Shown one piece after another: positions 1-9,995 of a DNA stretch of 64,000 bases (position 1 is its first letter; every line of letters begins with the position of its first letter). The notes below the pieces were generated by a model. The model did no database searches, was not told the origin of the DNA, and saw only the letters and a list, made by a program, of their open reading frames with translations. The position numbers were made by a program, and so were the translations under genes. Origin of the DNA: Pirellulales bacterium (GTDB lineage: Bacteria; Planctomycetota; Planctomycetia; Pirellulales; PALSA-1355); NCBI GenBank assembly GCA_963733035.1, contig CAVTBU010000008.1, forward strand, positions 416,001 to 480,000. Direction: 5' to 3'.

Positions 1-683
1 CGGTAGTCGATGACGAACACCACATGTTGGGCATCATTACGCACGACGATGTGATTGACGTTCTCCGCGAGGAAGCCAGCGAGGACGTTTACCGCATGGC
101 CGCCATGGAACCACTCGTGGAGAACTATTTGGAAACGAGCTTTCACTCCATTTGGTGGAAGCGTTCCTTTTGGCTATCGTGGCTGTTCTTGGCCGAAATG
201 CTCACGTTGTTTGTGATGAAAGGATTCGTGCACTCGATCGAACAGATTGTGGCATTAACGCTATTCGTCCCCCTGTGTATTGCCACGGGTGGGATGTCCG
301 GCACACAAGCTGCGACATTAATTACGAGAGCCATGGCATTGGGGCACATCACACTGGCGGATTGGTGGCGTGTGATTCGTCACGAAGTTGCCGTCGGTCT
401 GGCAATCGGTTCGACGCTGGGCATCATGGGTTTCGTGGGAGCCTATTTGACGCCGGACGTGACGAGTCTTGGCGGAGCAAACCCGTGGATGTTTTCACTA
501 GTTATTTCACAGGCGGTGATGGCGATCTGCTTGTGGGGGACCCTGGTCGGCTCGATGTTGCCGTTGGCGTTTCGCCGATTGGGATTTGATCCCGCCTATG
601 CGTCGAGCCCCTTTGTGGCGACCTTTGTGGACGTGACAGGTATTTTGATTCTATTCTCACTGGCCGAACTGTATTTGTTTTGA
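1..683 (+). CDS. mgtE: Magnesium transporter MgtE (5'-truncated by window edge)
   Basis: The frame is open from base 3 (VVDDEHHMLGIITHDDVIDV, end of a CBS domain). It continues into the MgtE membrane domain with GG.SGTQA and DPAYASSPFVATFVDVTG motifs. Confidence 0.93.
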   Translation, partial: VVDDEHHMLGIITHDDVIDVLREEASEDVYRMAAMEPLVENYLETSFHSIWWKRSFWLSWLFLAEMLTLFVMKGFVHSIEQIVALTLFVPLCIATGGMSGTQAATLITRAMALGHITLADWWRVIRHEVAVGLAIGSTLGIMGFVGAYLTPDVTSLGGANPWMFSLVISQAVMAICLWGTLVGSMLPLAFRRLGFDPAYASSPFVATFVDVTGILILFSLAELYLF

Positions 684-794
684 AAGAAGGGTCGCCTGTC
701 GCGGTGACTCGTGAACCTGTCGTCGCGAAGGAGTATCCTTAGAAGCATCGAGGGTACGGCGTTCACGACCCGAAGTTATTGAAAGGTGTCTGCA

Positions 795-1508
795 ATGGCT
801 GAATTGGGGGTGAATATCGACCATGTCGCAACTGTACGCCAGGCGCGGCGAACAACCGAGCCGGATCCGGTTTGGGCGGCCACACTGGCCCAACTGGGCG
901 GTGCCGACGGCATCACGCTGCACCTACGCGAAGATCGCCGCCACATTCAGGACCGTGATCTACGTGTGCTTCGCGAAACCGTCACGGTGAAACTAAACCT
1001 GGAGTTGGCGGCCGAGCCGGAGATCGTCTTGATCGCCTGCCAAAGCAAGCCAGATCAGGCCACGCTTGTTCCCGAAAAGCGAGAGGAAGTGACCACCGAA
1101 GGCGGACTTGATCTCTTGTCCAACAAACAACGAGTGTCCGATGCCGTCGCCCGGCTCCGCGACGCCGGAATCGGTATCAGCCTCTTTCTCGATCCCGACC
1201 TCAAACAGCTCGACGCCGCCAAAGACTTGGGGGCTGACGCCGTCGAATTGCACACCGGCGAATATGCGCTTGCCGTGGGCGAGAAGGAGCAGGCCGCCCA
1301 ACTTCTCAAACTCGGGGCCGCCAGCCAACATGTTCGCTCGCTGCACATGACGCTGCATGCGGGTCACGGGCTTACCTATCGCAATGTCAAACCCGTCGCC
1401 GCGATCGAAGGGATGTCGGAACTGAACATTGGTCATAGCATCGTCGCCCGGGCCATTATGGTCGGATTCGAACAGGCCGTGCGCGAGATGAAACGACTCA
1501 TTTCGTAG
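795..1508 (+). CDS. pdxJ: Pyridoxine 5'-phosphate synthase
   Basis: [40 protein letters not shown] and ELNIGHSI motifs. ATG at 795 follows GAAAGG. Confidence 0.97.
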   Translation: MAELGVNIDHVATVRQARRTTEPDPVWAATLAQLGGADGITLHLREDRRHIQDRDLRVLRETVTVKLNLELAAEPEIVLIACQSKPDQATLVPEKREEVTTEGGLDLLSNKQRVSDAVARLRDAGIGISLFLDPDLKQLDAAKDLGADAVELHTGEYALAVGEKEQAAQLLKLGAASQHVRSLHMTLHAGHGLTYRNVKPVAAIEGMSELNIGHSIVARAIMVGFEQAVREMKRLIS

Positions 1509-1669
1509 CGCGCCAAACCGGCCGGGGGCTACGGTGCAACGCGTCATCTTGCTACATTATTGAGAAGACTACCGTTCATTCCGCGTCCGGAAACGACTCC
1601 GATCTGATCAACGCTCGAAACAGTGCGTCGACACGCCAGCCAAGCTCCAATCGAAGGAAAGACTTTGCC

Positions 1670-2557
1670 ATGACGACCAAAGGGGAAGCGTTCGCCGGCC
1701 TCAGCGTCGCGCTCACGACGCCATTCAACACCGAAGGCGTCGACTACGATCTACTACGGGCTCAAGTTGAATTCCAAATCGAAGCCGGCACGACGTGTCT
1801 CTGTCCCGTCGGTACAACGGGCGAATGCCCTACGCTCAGTCACGACGAACACGAACGAGTGATCGCTTCGGTCGTGGAATTTGCCGCTGGACGTGTTAAG
1901 GTGATGGCCGGCACCGGCTCGAACAGCACGAAGGAAGCACTGCGACTAACAAAATTCGCCGAGCAGCACGGGGCGGATGCGGCACTGGTCGTCGCACCCT
2001 ACTACAACAAGCCGACCCAAGAGGGCATGTACGAACACTACAAGGCGCTGGCTGAAGCCGTGGGCATCCCAATTTGCGTTTACAACATCCCTGGCCGCAC
2101 GGGCAAAAACATTGAACCCGAAACGATTGCTCGGATGGGGGAACTGGAAAACATCACGATGGTCAAAGAGGCCACCGGTTCGATGGATCAGGCCTCGCAG
2201 GTGATGTCGCTGTCGAACCTGACGGTCCTGTCAGGCGACGACAGCCTGACTTTGCCGCTGATGGCCATCGGCGGGCGGGGCGTAATTTCGGTGGTGGGGA
2301 ATATCGTGCCGCGAGACCTGCTCGCCTTAGTCAAGGCATTCGACGGCGGTGACTTCGCCGGCGCACTCAATTGGCACCGCAAGCTATTTCCGTTGTGTCG
2401 CGATATGTTGGGATTGGCCACTAACCCCATTCCAATCAAGGCCGCCATGCGGCTGCTCGGACGCGACAGCGGACAACTACGCATGCCGATGACTCCCCTC
2501 GATGCCGTCAACGAGGCCAAATTGCGTTCGACGCTTGGCAGGTACGGGCTACTCTAA
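1670..2557 (+). CDS. dapA: 4-hydroxy-tetrahydrodipicolinate synthase
   Basis: GTTGE, GTGSNST, PYYNKP, YNIPGRT (substrate-binding Arg present), VKEATG (Schiff-base Lys), LSGDD and TNPIPIK. Confidence 0.95.
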   Translation: MTTKGEAFAGLSVALTTPFNTEGVDYDLLRAQVEFQIEAGTTCLCPVGTTGECPTLSHDEHERVIASVVEFAAGRVKVMAGTGSNSTKEALRLTKFAEQHGADAALVVAPYYNKPTQEGMYEHYKALAEAVGIPICVYNIPGRTGKNIEPETIARMGELENITMVKEATGSMDQASQVMSLSNLTVLSGDDSLTLPLMAIGGRGVISVVGNIVPRDLLALVKAFDGGDFAGALNWHRKLFPLCRDMLGLATNPIPIKAAMRLLGRDSGQLRMPMTPLDAVNEAKLRSTLGRYGLL

Positions 2558-2763
2558 CCGGCGACTAGTTCCCTAATTTTCCGCACAGACACTACAGTCG
2601 TGCTCTCGGTACGAATTCGTAGTGGAACTCGTCGGCCTCCGGGGCAGAAACTTGCCGCTCCGGGAATCCCTCCTCGCACTTGATCGAGACGGATGACCTA
2701 TGTTTTCGATGGTTCAACAAGCATCGCTTTGATATCGCCCAGCCCTCGACGAGCGAGCACGCA

Positions 2764-3753
2764 ATGATTTTGGCGCAAACCTGGTCGATGTCCATTTCGG
2801 CGGCAGTATTGTTGGCAGCCATGGCCACCCTGGGCTATGTGCTAGGCAGGCGGCGGCCCACGCCGCAGAATTCGAAGTGGCCCGAATCCCGACACGAAAT
2901 CACTCGTGCTCTCGGCGTGGCCCAGGAGCTCGAAGCCATTGCGTATCGTTTGCGGAAGAGCATGGCCTTTCACGTACCGGCGATCGTCAAATTCAACACG
3001 AAATTGCACCGCTGGGAAAAGAACTCCGATGTGTCGTGGCACGAACTGTGTGAGAGAGCGGACGAAGTTCTCAAGCCTGCGTTGCGTCTCAGCAACGAGA
3101 TCTCACACGCATACGCGGACCTCTTGCAGCAAATGACTCACCTGAGCACATTTGCCGAACTGCGCACCGATCCTCTGACGGGGATCGCCAATCGGCGCAC
3201 GTTTGACGAATCCTTGGAAAAGCTCCTGGCTCAACATCAGCACGCCGACGAAGCACCATTGGCAGTCGCGATGCTGGATCTTGATCATTTCAAGCAAATC
3301 AACGACGTTCAGGGACATCTTGCAGGAGACCGGGTGCTGCAAGACTTGACGCAGTTGCTGAGAGCCGCCGTTCGAGAAGGTGACGTAGTCGCTCGCTTTG
3401 GTGGCGAAGAGTTCGTCGTTCTGATGCCTCGCACCCCACTTTCCACCGCATGTGGCGTCTCCGAGCGCATACGGCAGCGCGTCGAAGAGAAGCTTGCCAC
3501 GACCGTCAGCATTGGCCTGGCAGCTAGTGAAGCCACGGAAGCCGCCGCCACTCTTGTTTCACGTGCCGATATGGCGCTGTACACGGCCAAAAAAGAGGGT
3601 CGCAATTGTATCGGTGTGCACGAAGGAGGCTTGGACGTCATCGCTACCGTCCATACGGCGCCTGTGCGCCCGGCCGATCAACCGTTCTCGACGGCGGTCG
3701 TTGCGAATACGTTGCCAGACACGATTCCTTTTGCGCAGCGAGAAGTCTGCTAG
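2764..3753 (+). CDS. Membrane-anchored diguanylate cyclase (GGDEF domain)
   Basis: N-terminal hydrophobic helix and helical linker, then TDPLTGIANRR, DLDHFKQIND, GHLAGD, an RxxD I-site (REGD) and a GGEEF active site. Start is uncertain. Confidence 0.92.
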   Translation: MILAQTWSMSISAAVLLAAMATLGYVLGRRRPTPQNSKWPESRHEITRALGVAQELEAIAYRLRKSMAFHVPAIVKFNTKLHRWEKNSDVSWHELCERADEVLKPALRLSNEISHAYADLLQQMTHLSTFAELRTDPLTGIANRRTFDESLEKLLAQHQHADEAPLAVAMLDLDHFKQINDVQGHLAGDRVLQDLTQLLRAAVREGDVVARFGGEEFVVLMPRTPLSTACGVSERIRQRVEEKLATTVSIGLAASEATEAAATLVSRADMALYTAKKEGRNCIGVHEGGLDVIATVHTAPVRPADQPFSTAVVANTLPDTIPFAQREVC

Positions 3754-3992
3754 CGCGGACGCACATCTCCGCCTCGCTGTGGCCGGTCGGCATGCGGCAC
3801 ACGTCGCACCATGCCATCACCCGGCCTTCTCCTGTCGAATGCTACAGGATTTTTGCGCGATTAGCCCTAGTCCCTCGCGCGATAGTCCTATAAAACGTCG
3901 GAACAACGTCCCTTCGATTCGCGGCAACCGATGGCGCTCGCTAGGCGGCACGGCGGCCACTTTTGTTCTCCGACCGCACGAAAGGAACGTCG

Positions 3993-4958
3993 ATGAACTC
4001 CTCGTCCACATACGAAACTCGACACGTAACAGCATCGCAAACATTTCTGAGCGACGTCCAATCCGGCCTCCGCGCACCGGAAAAGAACTTGCCTTCCAAG
4101 TACTTTTACGACAAGCGAGGGTCAGAACTCTTTGACCGCATTTGTGAACTCGATGAGTATTACGTCACGCGAACCGAGCTCTCTATTATGGAGCAGTTTG
4201 CGTCCGAAATGGGGAAACAGATCGGTCCTGGCGTAATGCTCGTCGAATATGGAAGCGGCAGCAGCCTAAAAACGCGGCATCTGCTTGACGCCTTGCCCGA
4301 GCCGAACGCCTACGTGCCGGTCGATATCTCCGGTGAGTATTTGCGGCAGGCTGCCGCCGAATTGGCGGCTGACTATCCGCAAATTGAGATCCTACCGGTG
4401 TGTGCGGATTTCACCAGTGCTTTCAAGCTGCCGGCATCGTCGCGTCCGGCATCTCACATCGCGGTGTATTTCCCCGGTTCAACGATCGGCAACCTGCTGC
4501 CGAAACGAGCGACAAACGTTCTGCGTCAGATTTCATCACTCTGCGGTCAAGGCGGCGGGTTGCTAATCGGCGTCGATCTGAAGAAAGATGTCGCCACAAT
4601 CGAAGCCGCTTACAACGATGCCAGGGGAGTGACGCGCGAGTTCAATCTCAATTTGCTTCGTCGGATCAACAGAGAATTGGGGGGGGATTTCGAGATTTCG
4701 CAGTTTCGGCATCGCGCGGTGTACAACCCGATTAAGGGACGGGTTGAGACGGACTTGGTCAGCCGTCAATCGCAGACGGTCACGATTGCTGGCGAAACGT
4801 TTGAGTTTGACGAGGGCGAGGCGATTCGCACGGAGTACTCACATAAGTACACCGTCCAGGAGTTCGCCGAACTGGCCGCGTCAGCCGGGTTCGTGCTTCA
4901 CCGCCACTGGACCGACGGCGATTGCAACGTTGCCGTACTCCACCTGGTAGTCGAATAG
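3993..4958 (+). CDS. egtD: L-histidine N(alpha)-methyltransferase
   Basis: LPSKYFYDKRGSELFDRICELDEYYVTRTE, EYGSGSSLKT, FPGSTIGN, AYNDARGVTREFNLN and TEYSHKY. AAGGAA RBS before ATG 3993. Confidence 0.95.
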   Translation: MNSSSTYETRHVTASQTFLSDVQSGLRAPEKNLPSKYFYDKRGSELFDRICELDEYYVTRTELSIMEQFASEMGKQIGPGVMLVEYGSGSSLKTRHLLDALPEPNAYVPVDISGEYLRQAAAELAADYPQIEILPVCADFTSAFKLPASSRPASHIAVYFPGSTIGNLLPKRATNVLRQISSLCGQGGGLLIGVDLKKDVATIEAAYNDARGVTREFNLNLLRRINRELGGDFEISQFRHRAVYNPIKGRVETDLVSRQSQTVTIAGETFEFDEGEAIRTEYSHKYTVQEFAELAASAGFVLHRHWTDGDCNVAVLHLVVE

Positions 4959-5239
4959 CTACTCGGTGACGAGAACGCCTTTCCAAAAAGCAATCCGGCC
5001 ACGGATGTGTTCGGGGCGGTCAGTGGCTCGGCATAGTACCATGCTGCGCCTGGATTTGTATGACCGTCGACAACGACGTCGTAGTATTTCGCCGTACCCT
5101 TCCAGCCGCAATAGGTTGTGTTATCGCTGGGCTGAAGGAATTCCGACCGCACCGACTCCGGTGACAAATAGTGGCTTCCCTCCACGACCGTGGGATCACT
5201 CTCGGCAATCACATGTTTGTTCCAAACCGCTCTAACCAT
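4959..5239 (-). CDS. DUF427 (NTP_transf_9-like) protein with a probable 1-nt indel near 5013-5016
   Basis: MVRAVWNKHVIAESD..VEGSHY..CGWKGTAKYY..NPGAAWYY. After a one-base shift the typical C-terminus EHIRGRIAFWKGVLVTE* appears, ending at 4959. GGGAG RBS. Confidence 0.85.
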
Positions 5240-5265
5240 TGGCAACTCCCTTACAAAGGACGCCG

Positions 5266-6810
5266 CTATTCTTGCACGGCGGGGCGGCGTTTCAACCCAC
5301 GCGGTACAACGACCCATTCAATTAGGTCAATGGAAAGCTGCAAGAGAAGGGCCAAGAGGGCTGCGGGGATGGCCCCCGCCAGAATCAGCGAGAAGTCATT
5401 CAAACGGATACCTCGCAAGATGGGCTGCCCCAATCCACCAGCGCCGATGATCGCCCCCAGAGTCGCGAAGCCCACATTCTGCACGCCGGATGTACGAATG
5501 CCGGCCAAGATGGTCGGCAGGGCAATCGGCAACTCAATCTCCACCAGCCGCGCCGCCGGTCCCAAACCGAGAACCGTGGCCGACTCGATCGCGCCCCGCT
5601 GAATCCCCTCAATGCCGGTATATGTGTTGCGGACGATCGGCAACAGGCAGTAGCAAAACAGCGCCAGGATCGCCGTAACCGATCCCTCGCCGACGCTTTG
5701 ATACCCGAGCGCAACAACGATTGGCAACAACAGCACTAGCAGCGCGAGAGACGGAATCGTCTGCAGCAATCCGACGCCAGCCATCACGAACTTGCCGCTC
5801 CGCGGCCAGCGCTGGCAAAACACGCCCAGTGCGATCCCCGCCACGATCGCCGGCAATAGCGAGCGACGCACCAAATCGAGATGCTCTCCGACGTGCCGCA
5901 TCACCATCCGCGTCCGCGAAGCCCGTTGCACTTCGACCTCTATACCAATTTGTCGATTGAGAAACTCAGCCGCCGCCTGCGCTTTGGACAGGCGCCCCGA
6001 TTCGACGACGTCGTTGAGCGATTGCATCTCAGCTTGGGAGATTCGTCCTTCTAAATCACGGATGGCATCGAGCAGCTGCGGATAGTCAGCGACTGCTTGC
6101 TCGCGATACAGCCACACGGCATCGTATTGGGGAAAGAACGAAAGATCGTCATCGAGCAACACCAAATCCCCGCGTCGAATCATGGCATCGGTCGAATAGA
6201 CCTCCATCACGTCGACCTCGCCGGCCAGCAACTGGCGATAGGCAACATCATGGTCGACGCCCGCGACGTTGCGCTGCGGTAGACTGTAGTAACGCTTGAG
6301 CGCCGGCCAGCCGTCGCCACGGTCCAGAAACTCATGATTGAAGGCAAATTGCAACTCCGGCAATCGCTTCAGATCGGAAATCCGCGATACGCCCAACTCC
6401 TTCGCTCGGTCGCGTGTGAGCGCGAGTGCGTACGCGTTATTAAAACCCATCGACTGAGACATGCCGATGCCGCGCTCTGCGAGCAGCTTCCGCATGGCCT
6501 GTTGGTCCGAGACATTTTTTCCGGCTAAGATCTCCTCGGTGATCGTGCCGGTGTATTCCGGATAGGCGTCGATCTCGCCCGTGGCCAGAGCATCGAACAC
6601 AATTCGCGTGCCGCCAAGCTCTCGATAGTGCGCCGTGTCCAAGCCACCGTCAGTCGCCAGCAGCCGCAAAGCCTCACCCAAGATGACTGATTCAGTAAAT
6701 TTTTTCGAGCCAATGCGCACCTGGACTTCGCGACGGGGTAGGGGCACCAAGCCCGCCGTCAGCAGCAAGAGTGTGAGCGCGGTCAGTCGAATGATCGGCC
6801 CATGTTTCAC
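5266..6810 (-). CDS. ABC importer: quaternary-amine (OpuAC/ProX-like) substrate-binding domain fused to a permease; ergothioneine/betaine-type candidate
   Basis: IGSKKFTES, YPEYTGT, NNAYALAL, VYSTD and FFPQY in the N-terminal SBD. C-terminal TMD has QTIPSLALL, LPIVRNTYTG, an EAA-like loop and IGAGGLG. Confidence 0.88.
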   Translation of the reverse strand: MKHGPIIRLTALTLLLLTAGLVPLPRREVQVRIGSKKFTESVILGEALRLLATDGGLDTAHYRELGGTRIVFDALATGEIDAYPEYTGTITEEILAGKNVSDQQAMRKLLAERGIGMSQSMGFNNAYALALTRDRAKELGVSRISDLKRLPELQFAFNHEFLDRGDGWPALKRYYSLPQRNVAGVDHDVAYRQLLAGEVDVMEVYSTDAMIRRGDLVLLDDDLSFFPQYDAVWLYREQAVADYPQLLDAIRDLEGRISQAEMQSLNDVVESGRLSKAQAAAEFLNRQIGIEVEVQRASRTRMVMRHVGEHLDLVRRSLLPAIVAGIALGVFCQRWPRSGKFVMAGVGLLQTIPSLALLVLLLPIVVALGYQSVGEGSVTAILALFCYCLLPIVRNTYTGIEGIQRGAIESATVLGLGPAARLVEIELPIALPTILAGIRTSGVQNVGFATLGAIIGAGGLGQPILRGIRLNDFSLILAGAIPAALLALLLQLSIDLIEWVVVPRGLKRRPAVQE

Positions 6811-7535
6811 TTTGCCACCACCTGCGAGTTGACGAACTCGCGCACGAAATCGGTGCTTGGCCTTTCGACGATATCGGCGAACGCCCCTTGTTGCACAATC
6901 CGGCCTCCCTGTAGCACGCAGACAAGATCGGCGAACCAGCTCGCTTCCACGAGATCGTGCGTCACCAAAAGTACTGTGGCGCCGGTACGAACAAAAGCGG
7001 CTTTAAGATCACGTTGTAATCCCGCGCGGATTAATGGATCAAGCGCGCCCAATGGCTCGTCCAGCAACAACAGCCGTGGCTTGAGGAAAAGAGCTCGCAT
7101 CAGGCTCAAGCGCTGCCGCTGCCCGCCGGACAGTTCATTGGGAAAGCGAGTGAGCGCATCGCGTGGAATTTCGGTCATCTCGACCAGTTCGTCGAGCCGA
7201 TCGTCGATCCGACGGCGTGGCCATCCCTCATGCCGGGCCATCAGCGTGACGTTGTTGATTGCAGTCAAATGAGGAAACAGCCCGCCTTCCTGGATCACGT
7301 ATCCAAGCTTCCGGCGCACCTCTCCGAGCGTCTTCGCGCCCACAAGCACATGGTCGACTCTAACTTCCCCCGTCGTCGGAGTGATTAGCCCGGCGACCAT
7401 CCGGAGGATGGTCGTCTTGCCGCAGCCGCTAGGTCCCAGCAATACGGCAACCCTCCCCGCGGCAATCTCCAGATTGAGAGGATGCACGACCGTGTTGCCG
7501 TCAAAGGTCTTGGAAACGTTCCGAAACGCGAGCAT
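6807..7535 (-). CDS. ABC transporter ATP-binding subunit (OpuA/ProV-like)
   Basis: GPSGCGKTT, GYVIQEGGLFPH, LSGGQRQR, LLLDEP and VTHD. GGAGG upstream of ATG 7535. Stop overlaps the permease start. Confidence 0.93.
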   Translation of the reverse strand: MLAFRNVSKTFDGNTVVHPLNLEIAAGRVAVLLGPSGCGKTTILRMVAGLITPTTGEVRVDHVLVGAKTLGEVRRKLGYVIQEGGLFPHLTAINNVTLMARHEGWPRRRIDDRLDELVEMTEIPRDALTRFPNELSGGQRQRLSLMRALFLKPRLLLLDEPLGALDPLIRAGLQRDLKAAFVRTGATVLLVTHDLVEASWFADLVCVLQGGRIVQQGAFADIVERPSTDFVREFVNSQVVAK

Positions 7536-7640
7536 GCTTGGCGTTTCCTCCACGGGGCTGCGAGAGATTTCCGATTGCCGTCCAGGGGATCCCCCCATTG
7601 CCAGCATGGAGGACCAAGCGTCCTGGGTCAACTTCGATAT

Positions 7641-8900
7641 TCACCGTGCGACGTCGCGAGCGAGGCGAACGCCGCTGAATTGCCACCGCGTTTCCGGTGG
7701 AAAGAAATTGCGGAAAGTCGACCGGATGTGCCCCGCGGGCGTCGCACACGATCCACCACGCAATACATACTGATTGCACATGAACTTGCCGTTGTATTCA
7801 CCGAGTGCGCCGGCGGGCGCGACATACCCGGGGTAGGAAGCGTACGGACTCTGCGTCCATTGCCACAGTTCGCCGAACATCTGAGCGGGTGAATCCCGCA
7901 ATGCAGCCGCCTTTCGTGGATGGTAGCATCCGGCCTCGACGAACGTCCCTTCGATTGGAAGCTCACACGCCGCTCGTTCCCATTCGGCTTCCGTGGGCAA
8001 TCGAGCGCCAGCCCAGCGGGCGAACGCATCGGCCTCAAAGTAGCTAAGATGTGCCACGGGTTCGTCGTTCTCGATCGGTTGCAGACCCGCTAGCGTGAAT
8101 TGGCACCAATGACCGTTCTGCTCAACCCAATAGAGCGGCGCTCGCAGGCCCTCCTCACAGACGGCTGTCCACCCCAGCGACAGCCACAATTCTGGCCGTC
8201 GGTATCCGTCCTCGGCCATAAATCTCAAATACTCTCCGCACGTTACCAATCGATCCTGAAGTTCAAACGGGGCGAGGAACACATGATGTCGCGGTCGTTC
8301 GTTGTCAAAACTAAAGTCCACGCCACTGTGGCCGATTTCGGTCAGTCCCCCCTCGAATACGAGCCATTTCGCCGGTCCAGCCGAACCAATCGTTGTGTCA
8401 TCCTCCTTGCTCCGATAGACCGGCCACAATGGGTTGCACGACAACATGTGCTTGATGTCAGTGAGGATCAGTTCCTGGTGTTGCTGCTCGTGGTTTAACC
8501 CCAGCTCCGCGATTTGCACGAGTTCGGCGTCGGACGACTGTTCCAACAGTCGCTCCATGCGGGCATCGATACTGCGGCGGTAACCAAACACCTCGGCTAC
8601 CGTGGGCCGCGTAAGTAAACCCCGTTTCTGTCGAGGAAAGGGTTCGCCGACGCTGTTGTAGTAGGAATTGAACAGGAACTGATACTGGCGAGAGAACGGG
8701 TGATAATCGGATTCCCAGCGGCTTAAAACGAAAGTCTCAAAAAACCAGGTCGTGTGGGCCAAGTGCCAGCGTGTCGGACTGGCGGCCGGCATTGACTGCA
8801 CGACGAAATCTTCGGCAACTAGCGGTTCACAGAGATACTCCGTAAACCGCCGTGTCGCGGCAAAACGCTCGGCCATTTGATCGTTCATCGCCACACCCAC
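7641..8900 (-). CDS. egtB: Ergothioneine sulfoxide synthase EgtB (DinB + FGE-like domains)
   Basis: QSMP.ASPTRWHLAHTTWFFE, LFNSYY, iron ligands HEQQHQE, FDNERPRH, RLPTEAEWE, GALGEYNGKFM and RNFFPP..RWQFSGVRLA. Start is 8900 (GTG) or 8888 (ATG). Confidence 0.95.
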   Translation of the reverse strand: MGVAMNDQMAERFAATRRFTEYLCEPLVAEDFVVQSMPAASPTRWHLAHTTWFFETFVLSRWESDYHPFSRQYQFLFNSYYNSVGEPFPRQKRGLLTRPTVAEVFGYRRSIDARMERLLEQSSDAELVQIAELGLNHEQQHQELILTDIKHMLSCNPLWPVYRSKEDDTTIGSAGPAKWLVFEGGLTEIGHSGVDFSFDNERPRHHVFLAPFELQDRLVTCGEYLRFMAEDGYRRPELWLSLGWTAVCEEGLRAPLYWVEQNGHWCQFTLAGLQPIENDEPVAHLSYFEADAFARWAGARLPTEAEWERAACELPIEGTFVEAGCYHPRKAAALRDSPAQMFGELWQWTQSPYASYPGYVAPAGALGEYNGKFMCNQYVLRGGSCATPAGHIRSTFRNFFPPETRWQFSGVRLARDVAR

Positions 8901-9864
8901 TGAGATGTCAAGCAGCCACTGTTTTCATGTCATTCTAACGGGCAGTCAAGTACCTTGATCATCACGTTCGACCGTCGACCGTGACCGTCCCCTGGGTCTA
9001 AATCATCCTTACCGGTCGTGCTCAATCCAAGCGATGTTGACGTGATGCGTAAAGCGTGCAAGGACTCGACGGTGGTGTCACAGTCCTTGAAATTGAGTCG
9101 GATTTCCTTCAATTGCCGGCGAAATCAGGACGGCGGCATGAAGGTTAAAAAAGCTACGAGGCTCAAGAAGCCTGAGGATGAAACGCGCGGCGGGTTGTCA
9201 GACTTTCGGTCGACAGCCCTATGTTGACACGCATTGCCGAGGGGATCTGGATCGCGGCTCTTCAAAGTGTACCGCGGCCTGCGAGCTTTGAACCGCGATT
9301 CAAGCCTGCGAGCGAAGGGCATGCAAGGTGTTGCGTCGCTCGTGAGGAGTTCCGAGTTGCGAGCCACGCCCGCGTGACGACGAGACGAGGCTGGCCGCGT
9401 CAATCCGTGAATCGGCGCCCGCGACCAGGCGGCACCTAGCGGCGCGTTGGCAAACCGTGTCGTGACGACGCATGGAATGCCCGCGATACACATCGTGCTT
9501 CGACTTTGGCGTCGTGAGGAGCTGACAGTCCGGCAAACGAAAACGGCACTGCTTGGGAGCGAGTGCCGGCGGTTGCTATCGGCAGCGGGAGCAAAACATC
9601 GACAACGTCGCGTGTCGTAATTTCTTTTTCACTCCCGCCGGCGGCAGCTTGCTGAAGTCGCTGTCAATCGTCGAAAGACTCGTGGGAGCACCTGGCATTG
9701 AAAGTAGATCGCGGCATCACCGGCGGTCGTGAAAGACACGCTTGGCAATGCGGTTCGCCTGACTCACGCGTTTTCAGGCGATTTCAAATACAACATGATT
9801 TGAGTAGGTGCGGAAACCAGCGCGCGCAGCCCGAAGACCATGGCTAAATCTCGACTCGTCTAGT

Positions 9865-9918
9865 CTCACGAATACAAAACAACTTGCTCATCTTATCTTC
9901 ACAATTAGGCGGTAGCTT
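9865..9918 (+). promoter_or_regulatory. Putative Pho-box-like direct repeats plus -10 element upstream of the LTD/PEP-CTERM gene
   Basis: CTCAC (9865), CTCAT (9887) and TTCAC (9898) lie on an 11-bp register. TAGCTT begins 10 nt after the last repeat. Confidence 0.35.
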
Positions 9919-9995
9919 GCTGCCGGTGTCCCAGACTGGTGTCTGTGGCCAGGACGGGCGATCTGTCCAACACTCACCCAAGGAGATGAGATCCA

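Noticed and set aside
9445..9485. GGCAAACC resembling a c-di-GMP-I riboswitch
   Set aside because: There is no properly placed GNRA stem followed by GACGCAAA, and it is far from any start codon.
8930..9540. Short ORFs in the egtB / PEP-CTERM intergenic region
   Set aside because: They overlap on both strands, show no RBS or family motif, and cannot be supported as genes.
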